A DNA stretch of 64,000 nucleotides, taken from a virus. This document shows, in pieces, positions 31,455 through 39,620 of the stretch. The position numbers were made by a program, and so were the translations under genes. Within the stretch, counting starts at the first letter, position 1, and every line of letters begins with the position of its first letter. The stretch lies in IMG/VR virus record IMGVR_UViG_3300027985_001265, positions 9,759-73,758 of that record. One strand, written 5' to 3'. The notes beneath the pieces are model-generated. The model made no database searches, was not told the origin of the DNA, and saw nothing but the letters and a program-made list of their open reading frames with translations.

Positions 31455-32410
31455 TTGAATACCTCTGGAAGTTCTTCCTGTAATTCAGCCAGGACCGGTT
31501 CCATTAGTATCCGAATCTGGGGGTGTGCAACTTTGCTTGTCCGAAGTCTTAGCATGTGTTTCCACTCGGATAAAGGGGCTGTGCAGACGACCTCTGTCTT
31601 GAGAGAATTGGGGAGGACGGATCTGGCAAATTGAGGTTGCCAGCCTTTATCCAGTAAGTCTTCATAGGAGTCTTTTGCATTTTTACATGCCCATAACCAT
31701 TCAGAAGGTGCTATCATCCAGTCTTCATCTCTACGACCAAAACGGCTTCTCCAAGCAGTTTCATAATCAGACCAGTCACCAACCCATATATTACCCACCC
31801 AAACTGGGAGAATGAATTCCATCCCTTTATTCCCATAGTTCACATACCGGGTGCTTTCCTGGCTATATGCCCAGGGGCGATGCCTGACCATTTCATGGGT
31901 AACACCTCGATCTGTGATAAACCTGCAGGTCCGGGTAGCATGGATAAGTTTTTCTTCTGGATCAAGAGATATTTCAGGAAGAATAATGGCAATTTTTTTA
32001 TCCACAATAAAGTAATCAGGGAAAATTTCAGGGTATGTTTTAACAAAATAATCCTGGATGGCTTGCATACCAGTAGGATACTTTATAGCAGTATGTTTTA
32101 ATACAAATTCTAACCAAGCCCTGAAATTTCCTGAAACGATAAAAACACCTTTCTTGTTGGAAAATCGAAGATACCCAGAATCAGAAGAGTCTTTCAAAAA
32201 ACTCCAAGTTTCTTTACTGACTTGAAAAATTCTGTTTGCATGTTCCAGGACAGAATAATGTCCAGCCTTGGTGATCATTTGAACAAACCGATTGGCAGAG
32301 TCTTCTGTGATTTTGTCTTCGGACTTGTAGCAGGTCCGGCCAGCCAGCTCTATCAATTTTATTGGATCAGATTCCCGAAGGAACTGATGAGATTGTTCAA
32401 TAACTTTCAT
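31451..32410 (-). CDS. thyX: FAD-dependent thymidylate synthase ThyX
   Basis: AGRTCYKS, GH.SVLEH, RGVTHEMVRHR...SQESTRY, ARSVLP and LR....AHPQIR motifs. Confidence 0.95.
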   Translation of the reverse strand: MKVIEQSHQFLRESDPIKLIELAGRTCYKSEDKITEDSANRFVQMITKAGHYSVLEHANRIFQVSKETWSFLKDSSDSGYLRFSNKKGVFIVSGNFRAWLEFVLKHTAIKYPTGMQAIQDYFVKTYPEIFPDYFIVDKKIAIILPEISLDPEEKLIHATRTCRFITDRGVTHEMVRHRPWAYSQESTRYVNYGNKGMEFILPVWVGNIWVGDWSDYETAWRSRFGRRDEDWMIAPSEWLWACKNAKDSYEDLLDKGWQPQFARSVLPNSLKTEVVCTAPLSEWKHMLRLRTSKVAHPQIRILMEPVLAELQEELPEVFK

Positions 32411-32730
32411 TTTGGTTCTCCATGTTTATAAACCTTCCGCATTCTAAATTCCTCCCGTTTAGCTTCATTCCAGTTGCTGACAGGTCGAAGATAACCAACT
32501 ACCCGGGAGTATACTTCGGTATGTTGACCAAAGTTTTTATCATTCTCCCAGCAATCGGGGCATTTGAAATAGTATTCTTCATCCCGTTTACCGATGACCC
32601 CATCTTTAATTTCAATTTGGGTTGGTCCGGTACGTTCCAAATGGATAGTGAAGTCTTCTCCACAATCCATACAGGTACAATTAACAGCAGCATACTGATG
32701 CTCGCCAATTTTTTCAGAAAGTTCTTTCAT
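32407..32730 (-). CDS. Stand-alone anaerobic (class III) RNR NrdD C-terminal Zn-ribbon/glycyl-radical domain
   Basis: CMDC...CPDC followed by EVYSRVVGYLRPVSNWNEAKREEF..RKVY; only ~107 aa. Confidence 0.85.
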   Translation of the reverse strand: MKELSEKIGEHQYAAVNCTCMDCGEDFTIHLERTGPTQIEIKDGVIGKRDEEYYFKCPDCWENDKNFGQHTEVYSRVVGYLRPVSNWNEAKREEFRMRKVYKHGEPK

Positions 32731-32869
32731 TTGGTTTTCCTTAATTAAAGTCAAAAGTTCTAAAGACCATTTTTATTGAATGATGACAAATCTGACGATA
32801 GGTATAAATTGAGATGAGAAAGAAAAATAGAAAAGGTTCTCAGGGAGTTGAGAACCTTTATTTAAAATA

Positions 32870-34039
32870 TTAAATTGTTTTCTTGAGTTGATCCAGGTAG
32901 TCGGCCCACCATTGCATCATCTTGGTTCTTTCAGGTAAATACTCAGCATGGTTATATGCAGCCTTTACCTTATTTCGTTCTGCATGAGCAAGTTGCATTT
33001 CAACATAAGAGGTATTCCAGCCGTTTTCATTTAATAATGTGGAAGCCATAGCTCTAAAACCATGACCACACATTTCAACTTTTTCATACCCTAATCGACG
33101 TATTGCAGCCAAGACGGTATTTCCACTCATGGGTCGGGAATCTGTCATGATAGATGGGAAAAGGTATTTGGACCTATGTTCAGTATAAGGTCGAAGATCT
33201 TCTATGATTTGCAAAGCTTGAATAGATAACGGGACAATATGTGGCCGGCGCATCTTCATCTTCTCTGACGGTATTTTCCAGACAGAGTTAACGGTATCTA
33301 TTTCCGACCATTCTGCTTGGCGTAATTCTTTGGGACGCACAAATACCAAAGGTGCTAATTTTAAAGCACACAGGGTAATGAATTGTCCGGTGTACCCATC
33401 AATAGACCGGAGCAAAGCACCTACTTCTTTTGGGTCTGTGATGGTAGCCATGTGATTAATTTTTGTTGGTTTTAACGTATCTTTTAGAGCAGCCGTGACA
33501 TCGTATTGGGCTCGCTCTGTAATGACGGCATAACGAAAGATTTGGCCACATGTTTGCCGTAAACGATGGGCTGTTTCATGAGTCCCTCGTTCTTCGACTA
33601 TCCGCAAAATATTTAAAATATCTAAGGGTCCAATAGCATCACAGACTTTTGATCCAATGAAAGGGAAGGCGTGTGTCTCCAGACGGGCCAATGTTCTTTT
33701 TGCATGAGTAGGCTCCCACCCAGGTTCTTTGGTATTGTACCACTCCCGGGCAACAGCTTCAAAAGTGTAACCGATGACGGTATGTTTTGTAGGCTTGGGG
33801 TCAATACCGTCAGCGAGCTGTAATTTAGCCTCTTGACATTTAGCCCTGGCAGCCTTTAATTTGACTGTTGGGTACACCCCAAAGGCTAGTGTTTTGCGTT
33901 TATTGTTAAAGCGGTAATCCATACGCCAGTATTTTTGTCCGGTGGGCATTACCAGAATGTATAGACCATTACCATCGGCAAGCTTGTATTGCCTGTCCTG
34001 GGCCTTAGCATTACGGATAGCAGTATCTGAGAGTTTCAT
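32870..34039 (-). CDS. int: P4-type tyrosine integrase
   Basis: Arm-binding N-terminus (YKLADGNGLYILV.PTG.KYWR.DYRF..KRKTLA.GVYP); catalytic R (FVRPKELR), HGFR, LAH and Y (AAYNHAEYL). Confidence 0.95.
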   Translation of the reverse strand: MKLSDTAIRNAKAQDRQYKLADGNGLYILVMPTGQKYWRMDYRFNNKRKTLAFGVYPTVKLKAARAKCQEAKLQLADGIDPKPTKHTVIGYTFEAVAREWYNTKEPGWEPTHAKRTLARLETHAFPFIGSKVCDAIGPLDILNILRIVEERGTHETAHRLRQTCGQIFRYAVITERAQYDVTAALKDTLKPTKINHMATITDPKEVGALLRSIDGYTGQFITLCALKLAPLVFVRPKELRQAEWSEIDTVNSVWKIPSEKMKMRRPHIVPLSIQALQIIEDLRPYTEHRSKYLFPSIMTDSRPMSGNTVLAAIRRLGYEKVEMCGHGFRAMASTLLNENGWNTSYVEMQLAHAERNKVKAAYNHAEYLPERTKMMQWWADYLDQLKKTI

Positions 34040-34065
34040 GACGGTATCTCCTTTGTAAAGTGGTT

Positions 34066-34300
34066 ATGTACCGTCAGATATATCGTCAAGATACTGTTGC
34101 TGTCAACGGATTTTAGTAGACTTAGGTAGAAACTAAAAACCCCTGAGAGCCAGAATTCCCAAGGGTTTTAAAATAAAACTGGATGATATTAAATTACAGT
34201 GTGGTAGAGATTCTCACATCCATACTTTTTAAAAAAATCTTTTATTTTCAGTCTGTTGGTTTTTGAGAATAAGGCTTATACCGTTAAATATACCGTCAAG
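34066..34300. other. Putative attP site with integrase arm-type repeats
   Basis: Two 25-nt direct repeats (34066-34090 and 34276-34300, 20/25 identical), each a tandem TACCGTCA-like pair, between int and alpA. Confidence 0.7.
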
Positions 34301-34304
34301 CTGT

Positions 34305-34505
34305 TTATGCTGCGTTTTCTTTTTCATCACGTTCTTGGATTCGTTTTTCGATCCAGTCATTGATTTCACTTTCAACCCAGGCAACAGATCTTTGTCCTAA
34401 CTTAACAGGCTGGGGAAATTGTTTCAAGGCCAGTAGTTGATATACTTTAGCTCGGCATATCGAGGTACGGTCAACGACCTCTTTAATCTTCAGAAGTTTT
34501 TTCAT
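34305..34505 (-). CDS. alpA: AlpA-family excisionase/regulator
   Basis: LLKIKEV.DRTSICRAKVY......FPQPVKLGQRSVAWVESEINDWI consensus. Confidence 0.92.
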   Translation of the reverse strand: MKKLLKIKEVVDRTSICRAKVYQLLALKQFPQPVKLGQRSVAWVESEINDWIEKRIQERDEKENAA

Positions 34506-34657
34506 AACTCTCCTTTAATATTTAATCCATTAAAAACTTAAAAAAGAGCACAACCACGTTTGTCTGCCTACGTCCAGGCGTTCGTGTCTGTAGGGGGGAG
34601 ATAAGCCCCTCGGCAGCGTGAGAATTGTTTTTCATGCCTGCGCTCTTTTTTAAAAAT

Positions 34658-34819
34658 TTAATCAGAAAAATTATCAGGATGAGCTGGATGCCAAGAGTCA
34701 TCCTTTTCAAATTGTTGTGACTCCATGGCATTTTCTGGTAATAAGGGTTCTAAATAATCATCAGCTAATCCTGGCCAGAGGTCATAATTTTTACAGTCAT
34801 CTATACTTATGAAAGCCAT
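34658..34819 (-). CDS. 53-aa acidic hypothetical protein (not in ORF track)
   Basis: GGAG RBS; MAFISIDDCKNYDLWPGLADDYLEPLL...PDNFSD. Confidence 0.45.
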   Translation of the reverse strand: MAFISIDDCKNYDLWPGLADDYLEPLLPENAMESQQFEKDDSWHPAHPDNFSD

Positions 34820-34902
34820 AATCACTCCATTAATAACCTGCCGGATTGAGGAACCCGACTAATAATCGGGTCGATAACTTTATACCCCTACCGGCAGGTT
34901 TG

Positions 34903-35079
34903 TTATTCAGGTGGTGGATCCTCAGTGTCTTGAAACAAAATCCAGAGAAAGAGTACCAGGATTGCTGCTGGAGCTATAAAGATAATCCAGTGCATAACAA
35001 GAGCCACCAAAGTCAAACCAATGAATAAGGCTAAAATAATGCCCAAGGCTCCAACGACCTTGGACAGGTTGCCCAGCAT
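34903..35079 (-). CDS. 58-aa two-TM membrane protein (not in ORF track)
   Basis: Start overlaps the preceding stop; MLGNLSKVVGALGIILALFIGLTLVALVMHWIIFIAPAAILVLFLWILFQDTEDPPPE. Confidence 0.6.
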   Translation of the reverse strand: MLGNLSKVVGALGIILALFIGLTLVALVMHWIIFIAPAAILVLFLWILFQDTEDPPPE

Positions 35080-35498
35080 CAGAAATTAAACAGAGAGTCC
35101 TTAGTGGGAGGAGCCTCTGCCGTATTGGTTTCTTCATCTTTATCCGGGATATCTGGTTCCTGGGTGGGTTCTTCTTCCGGATTGGTGTTAGGTTCAGTTA
35201 TGATCTTCGGAGCAGGTTCTTTGGCGGCGTCTTCAATGTTCTCGTTTACCTGCTCTTCTGGTTCCTTGGTTACTTTTTCTGGTTTTTGAACGTCAAATTC
35301 CGGTATTTTCTTGGGAATAGGTGCTGTAGCCTTGGGTTTATCATCATCCACAAAATCAATGGTAGCCCGGGTACCGTTACCACCACGGCCTACGGTGAAG
35401 TCCACATTGATCTTTTTCCCTTCGGGAATGATGATGTTCTTGGCACAGTAAGCATTCAGGGCTTCCATGATTTCGTTTTCTTCAAGAATAATCTGCAT
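35079..35498 (-). CDS. Conserved N4-like hypothetical protein downstream of SSB
   Basis: MQI.L...EI.EAL..Y and VDFTVGRG.NG.RA.I motifs; Pro/Glu-rich tail. Confidence 0.65.
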   Translation of the reverse strand: MQIILEENEIMEALNAYCAKNIIIPEGKKINVDFTVGRGGNGTRATIDFVDDDKPKATAPIPKKIPEFDVQKPEKVTKEPEEQVNENIEDAAKEPAPKIITEPNTNPEEEPTQEPDIPDKDEETNTAEAPPTKDSLFNF

Positions 35499-35584
35499 AG
35501 GTTTTTTGCATCCTTTATATAAGGGTATTTAAAGAAGAGATATGTAGGGCCTCATCACTATGATAAAGCCCTCACCGGTTAAAT

Positions 35585-36370
35585 TTAAGCTGCTGCACCA
35601 CCAAAAAGTGATGCACCACTGGCTGCCTGTTCAGGGGTGGTTGTACCCCCACCGAAAGTTCCACTGTTGCCCGGGCCGGCAGTAACATTGACCGCAGTTT
35701 TGGAGGTCTTGTCTTTGACCTGTCCGGTCCATTTTTCAGCCCACTGGCCTTTAAATACAGGCTCGGTCATTTTGGCTTCAGCTTCGGTGACGGTTAGGCC
35801 AGAGGGATAATGGAAGAACTTGTCGATCTCATTCTCATTCCGGGTTTCTGTGGAATCCACATAATTACCAGTAGCGTCTTTGACCCGTTTGCTAACGGTC
35901 TGTTTGATGACACCGGCAAAGATCTTTTTACCCAGGAGTTCTGTAATCATGGGTACTTCGGTGGGAACTTCTTTTCTCTGGGAGAAGTCGTAGAGCATAA
36001 TTGTCTTCACTTCTGATTTGACCTGGGCGATGTGTTTGCCGAGGGTCATCAGGCACAGATGGTCAGCCAGCTCAAATCCGGGCAGATATTTCTTGAGGGT
36101 CTTCTGCCCGGTCTTGGGATCTTTGGCCATGTAGAAATTCTGGCCACCTTTTGCTGTTGCAGAGGACAACCAGAGTTGTGCTTTGAGTTCCTTACCGTCT
36201 TCAGTCTCAAGGACAAGGTTGAGGGCTTTGGCACCGCCATCGGAGATGGAGCCGTAGGCCAGTTTAATATCAAAGGGGTAAATAGCAGAATCCAGAGTTC
36301 CATATCTGGAGCCGCCAAGTCTGTCGCCATCACTCTGGATGGATATATCGGTTGTAAGGGTATCAAACAT
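35585..36370 (-). CDS. ssb: Single-stranded DNA-binding protein (N4 gp45-like)
   Basis: D.LGG....LDS.IY, LPGF, ETRNENEIDKFF motifs, C-terminal SLFG; follows primase and ATPase. Confidence 0.85.
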   Translation of the reverse strand: MFDTLTTDISIQSDGDRLGGSRYGTLDSAIYPFDIKLAYGSISDGGAKALNLVLETEDGKELKAQLWLSSATAKGGQNFYMAKDPKTGQKTLKKYLPGFELADHLCLMTLGKHIAQVKSEVKTIMLYDFSQRKEVPTEVPMITELLGKKIFAGVIKQTVSKRVKDATGNYVDSTETRNENEIDKFFHYPSGLTVTEAEAKMTEPVFKGQWAEKWTGQVKDKTSKTAVNVTAGPGNSGTFGGGTTTPEQAASGASLFGGAAA

Positions 36371-36419
36371 GAGATTTTTATCTCCTATTTTAAAATTAAT
36401 TGCTGGGCATATCGCCCGG

Positions 36420-36599
36420 TTACCGAATACTGATTTTCCGGTATTCTTTCATAAGGGCAGTCAGTTCAAGACTGTTTTTCCTGGCTCTGCGGGCACCGGC
36501 TTTATTGTCGTACTTTGCAGTGTTCTGCTTGAACTCAGCAAATAAGGTGTCAATTTTGTCGGTCAGTTCAGTTACTGCTGTTGCATTAAAATCACTCAT
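36420..36599 (-). CDS. Histone H1-like (Hc1-family) protein, 59 aa (not in ORF track)
   Basis: GAGG RBS; NKAGARRARKNSLELTALMKEYRKIS matches the Hc1 motif NKAAG.RAR..SL.L.KL.KE(F/Y)RK.S. Confidence 0.75.
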   Translation of the reverse strand: MSDFNATAVTELTDKIDTLFAEFKQNTAKYDNKAGARRARKNSLELTALMKEYRKISIR

Positions 36600-36630
36600 A
36601 ATAAAATTACCTCTTTGTTTTTGGTTTAAT

Positions 36631-37374
36631 TTAAGCTGCTACGGGTGTTCCGTAATATTCATGAAGCCGGTTCAGCAAGAGTTGTGCATCATTGTCGATG
36701 AAGGTCTCTTTGGTATCCCACATACCCATGCTGGCACGGATCCGTTCGTTAACTGTTTCTTTGGTGAGCTTGGTCTGATACACATGCTTGAAACCAAGCA
36801 TCTCCTCTTCCGGGGTAATAACCAAGAGAGGGTTTTTATAGGGTTCCAGGTCGGTGATTGCCATACGGCGGGCTGAAACCACAGTTGAGAAATAGGCTTC
36901 AATCCCATTGGCCTGGAGAGCACCTTTAACCGGTACTTTTCTCTCCATGACCATAGCCGTTTTATTCAGGATGGCCTGGACATGAGCCAGGATAATGACG
37001 TTGCACTTGGACGGGGCCACATACTTCTGCATCAGGTTTTTAAAATATTGTTGGTACTGGGACCATCCGGCCATAGTATCTGCTGAAGGAAGAACGTGGA
37101 TAGATTCAAACATGTCCATGAGGAATGTCAGAGTGTCAATAATGATGGTGTGAAAATTCCCGGTTACGTCTGCATGGGCAAATCCTTCATAGACCTGATA
37201 GGGGTCTGTGATGGAGAATTGCCTGAATTTAGCCGGGAATGGACATTTTTTATTTGACTCGCAGTTGAGGTACATGATCCCCTCGGGGTTTTTTAAATTC
37301 CGGAGAGACGCTGTTTTGCCCCCGGAGGATTCCCCTACGATAAGGACTAAATTGTCATTGGTAGGCGTTGCCAT
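36631..37374 (-). CDS. AAA-family ATPase (N4 gp44-like / Sak4-like)
   Basis: Walker A GESSGGKT, Walker B IIIDTLT, IILAH and VPVKG motifs. Confidence 0.85.
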   Translation of the reverse strand: MATPTNDNLVLIVGESSGGKTASLRNLKNPEGIMYLNCESNKKCPFPAKFRQFSITDPYQVYEGFAHADVTGNFHTIIIDTLTFLMDMFESIHVLPSADTMAGWSQYQQYFKNLMQKYVAPSKCNVIILAHVQAILNKTAMVMERKVPVKGALQANGIEAYFSTVVSARRMAITDLEPYKNPLLVITPEEEMLGFKHVYQTKLTKETVNERIRASMGMWDTKETFIDNDAQLLLNRLHEYYGTPVAA

Positions 37375-37392
37375 TGGTTTATCTCCTATTTT

Positions 37393-39570
37393 TTAGGCAG
37401 CCTGTTTAGCTGCTCGTTTACCTATTGCGGTTGTGGCCGTGACCAAGATGGTGGTATCAATCTCTTTTTCAGAGAGCTTGTCCGGCATACTGCTGTTGAG
37501 TCCCATGACTTTTTCCCGGATGTCCGGGTAACTGAAACCCATATCTACCAGGAGCATGGCGTAGCGTAGCAGCCGGTTGTTCCTATTGCCTTCAAATGAT
37601 CCCTGTACGAACCATCTCTCCAGATTGGAGAGACTGGCAAAGTCCACCATCTGCTGTTTACGCTCATCATTTTTACGGGTCTTGGCGATAAACAGGCGGG
37701 CATCCAGGAGCTGATCTCCATGGTTATAGATATACTGGCCGGCATCGTTGGTGAGCCATTTGCGGCATCTGTCTATGGCAGCCGTATCTACCTCGAAAGG
37801 CAACCATTCGAAGATGTTCCGCATGAATGCCCGGTATTCTTCGGCGGTCATGGACATTTCATAATTCAAAGGCATGATCAGCCGGAATCTGTTATTTTCC
37901 GGGGTATGCCGTTTGGTGGTATAGGCCATGAACTTGTAATCTTTCAGGAGGCTCTGGACGATGTCCAGCTTGGCTCCCTTGTCGATATCCAGGACCACCA
38001 TGTTGAATCCCGGGATCATGTGATCCTCATCCCGGTGTCCATTGGTTGAACGGTGATTGATCCAATGATGATTCTTTAGTTGGGTCAGAACATGTAGTTT
38101 GTCGAAGGGGGCCAGGTCATTTTTATAGCCGTCAGAAATACTCTGGGAATGGGCCACCTTCAGTTTATCCAGGTTGGTTTCGGTCAAGGATGAGCCCTTA
38201 AAGAATTCGACACCTTCTTGCATATACTGTTTAACGACAATGTGATTCTTGTAGCCCCAGGATATAGCGTTGGTTACCATATCCCTTCTCAGGACTACCG
38301 AAGCTTTCTTATAATACGGCAGTTTTTCGATGAGATCGGACTGAGTCAGTTCATTGGGAACCTGGGCCAGATACCGGGCCATCTTTGCATACGGGGGATC
38401 CTGGTGGAACATATTATAAAAGCTCTCACCTGAGTCCTCGGCCAGCTTAATAGCGGCATACAGGTTCTCCATACTGATCTCAGCGTGACCATCCACATAG
38501 GCGAAGGCGCCGGCCAGCTTCAATACTTTGAAGTACCGATGTTCCATCTCTGCCCGGACTGTTTCTTCGATACCTCTGTACGGGGCAGCCCGCCTTTTAC
38601 AATCCCGATGATATTCAAAGAGTTCAATGCCCACATCTTTGGTGAGAATGATCTCCCGGCCGAAGTTGGTGACATTGGCCAGTTTGCTAAAATAGACTGC
38701 AGCATCTTTAAAAACATCATTGGTGTCCTTGCTGCTTTGCAGTGCGTACATTTCAGCACCGGTCATATCCTCGTCTTCCACGAAGTCATCCATGTAAAAG
38801 GTCCAGCATCTGCGGGCCAGTCCTGTTTCTTCAAGTTCGTTGAAGTTCTCTTCAACTTTGCTTCCATCAAAGACTTTGCATGGGGTGCCGATGGCCAGTA
38901 AGTTTGCCGGGGTGGTTCCGTCTATTTCTTCAATACGGGTATTCTCTTTGGTATTTTTGGTCAGAGCTTCTTTGGCTTCACCAATATCAAAGAGTTCCAG
39001 GTAGGCAGATAGAGCTTCGTTGGAAGCCAGGAGATTCATGCCTATTTCGTCAATCTCCAGATTCAAAGCACCGGCATTCGCAATGAGCAGTTTCTGTCTT
39101 AACTGCTGGATGGCCGGAGCAGTAGCTTTCTGGAATGAGAATCTCATTTTACCGAGGTTTTCATATTCACGAAGTACACCAGCTTTCATATCGTCGGGGT
39201 CTTCCCCGGCTATGTACGCTCTTCGTACAGCGATCTTTGCTATGTGTTCATCTGCCACAATTGGCAGTACCTGATCCAAGAAAATCTTCTTGAAATGCTT
39301 CAAGACGCCTTTCTCGATCATGTTTATTGAATAGTTTTTGCCAACACCCGAGGGTACCAGATTGATCAGGAAGGCATTGATGGGGAGTGTTCCCCGGACT
39401 TCTGTTTTGATCTTGGCTCTCATGGTGGATGCGGCCTTGCAAAAGAAGTATCCAAGCAATGCTCGATACATCCCCATGGGGCCTGCAGGATTTTTCTTTT
39501 TCATAGCCCCAGCTATTTTCTCGGTAAATGGGTGATATTCCATCTCCGAATAATCTTTTTTCATAATCAT
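37393..39570 (-). CDS. DNA primase (N4 gp43-like)
   Basis: PSGVGKN, EIDEIG, EHRYFK.LKLAG, LDID, YTTKRHT and C-terminal PriCT-like GNRNNRLLRYA. Confidence 0.88.
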   Translation of the reverse strand: MIMKKDYSEMEYHPFTEKIAGAMKKKNPAGPMGMYRALLGYFFCKAASTMRAKIKTEVRGTLPINAFLINLVPSGVGKNYSINMIEKGVLKHFKKIFLDQVLPIVADEHIAKIAVRRAYIAGEDPDDMKAGVLREYENLGKMRFSFQKATAPAIQQLRQKLLIANAGALNLEIDEIGMNLLASNEALSAYLELFDIGEAKEALTKNTKENTRIEEIDGTTPANLLAIGTPCKVFDGSKVEENFNELEETGLARRCWTFYMDDFVEDEDMTGAEMYALQSSKDTNDVFKDAAVYFSKLANVTNFGREIILTKDVGIELFEYHRDCKRRAAPYRGIEETVRAEMEHRYFKVLKLAGAFAYVDGHAEISMENLYAAIKLAEDSGESFYNMFHQDPPYAKMARYLAQVPNELTQSDLIEKLPYYKKASVVLRRDMVTNAISWGYKNHIVVKQYMQEGVEFFKGSSLTETNLDKLKVAHSQSISDGYKNDLAPFDKLHVLTQLKNHHWINHRSTNGHRDEDHMIPGFNMVVLDIDKGAKLDIVQSLLKDYKFMAYTTKRHTPENNRFRLIMPLNYEMSMTAEEYRAFMRNIFEWLPFEVDTAAIDRCRKWLTNDAGQYIYNHGDQLLDARLFIAKTRKNDERKQQMVDFASLSNLERWFVQGSFEGNRNNRLLRYAMLLVDMGFSYPDIREKVMGLNSSMPDKLSEKEIDTTILVTATTAIGKRAAKQAA

Positions 39571-39594
39571 ATCCTCTCAAATTATTTTTGTTTT

Positions 39595-39619
39595 TTCCCA
39601 ATAAAGCCCCGGAGGGGCT
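39595..39619 (-). promoter_or_regulatory. Candidate GGA-triloop hairpin promoter upstream of primase
   Basis: + (template) strand CCAATAAAGCCCC-GGA-GGGGCT; same layout as 56013-56037. Confidence 0.45.
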
Positions 39620-39620
39620 A

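Noticed and set aside
36400-36876. 158-aa + strand ORF
   Set aside because: Antisense to the ATPase and the Hc1-like gene, which have better support.
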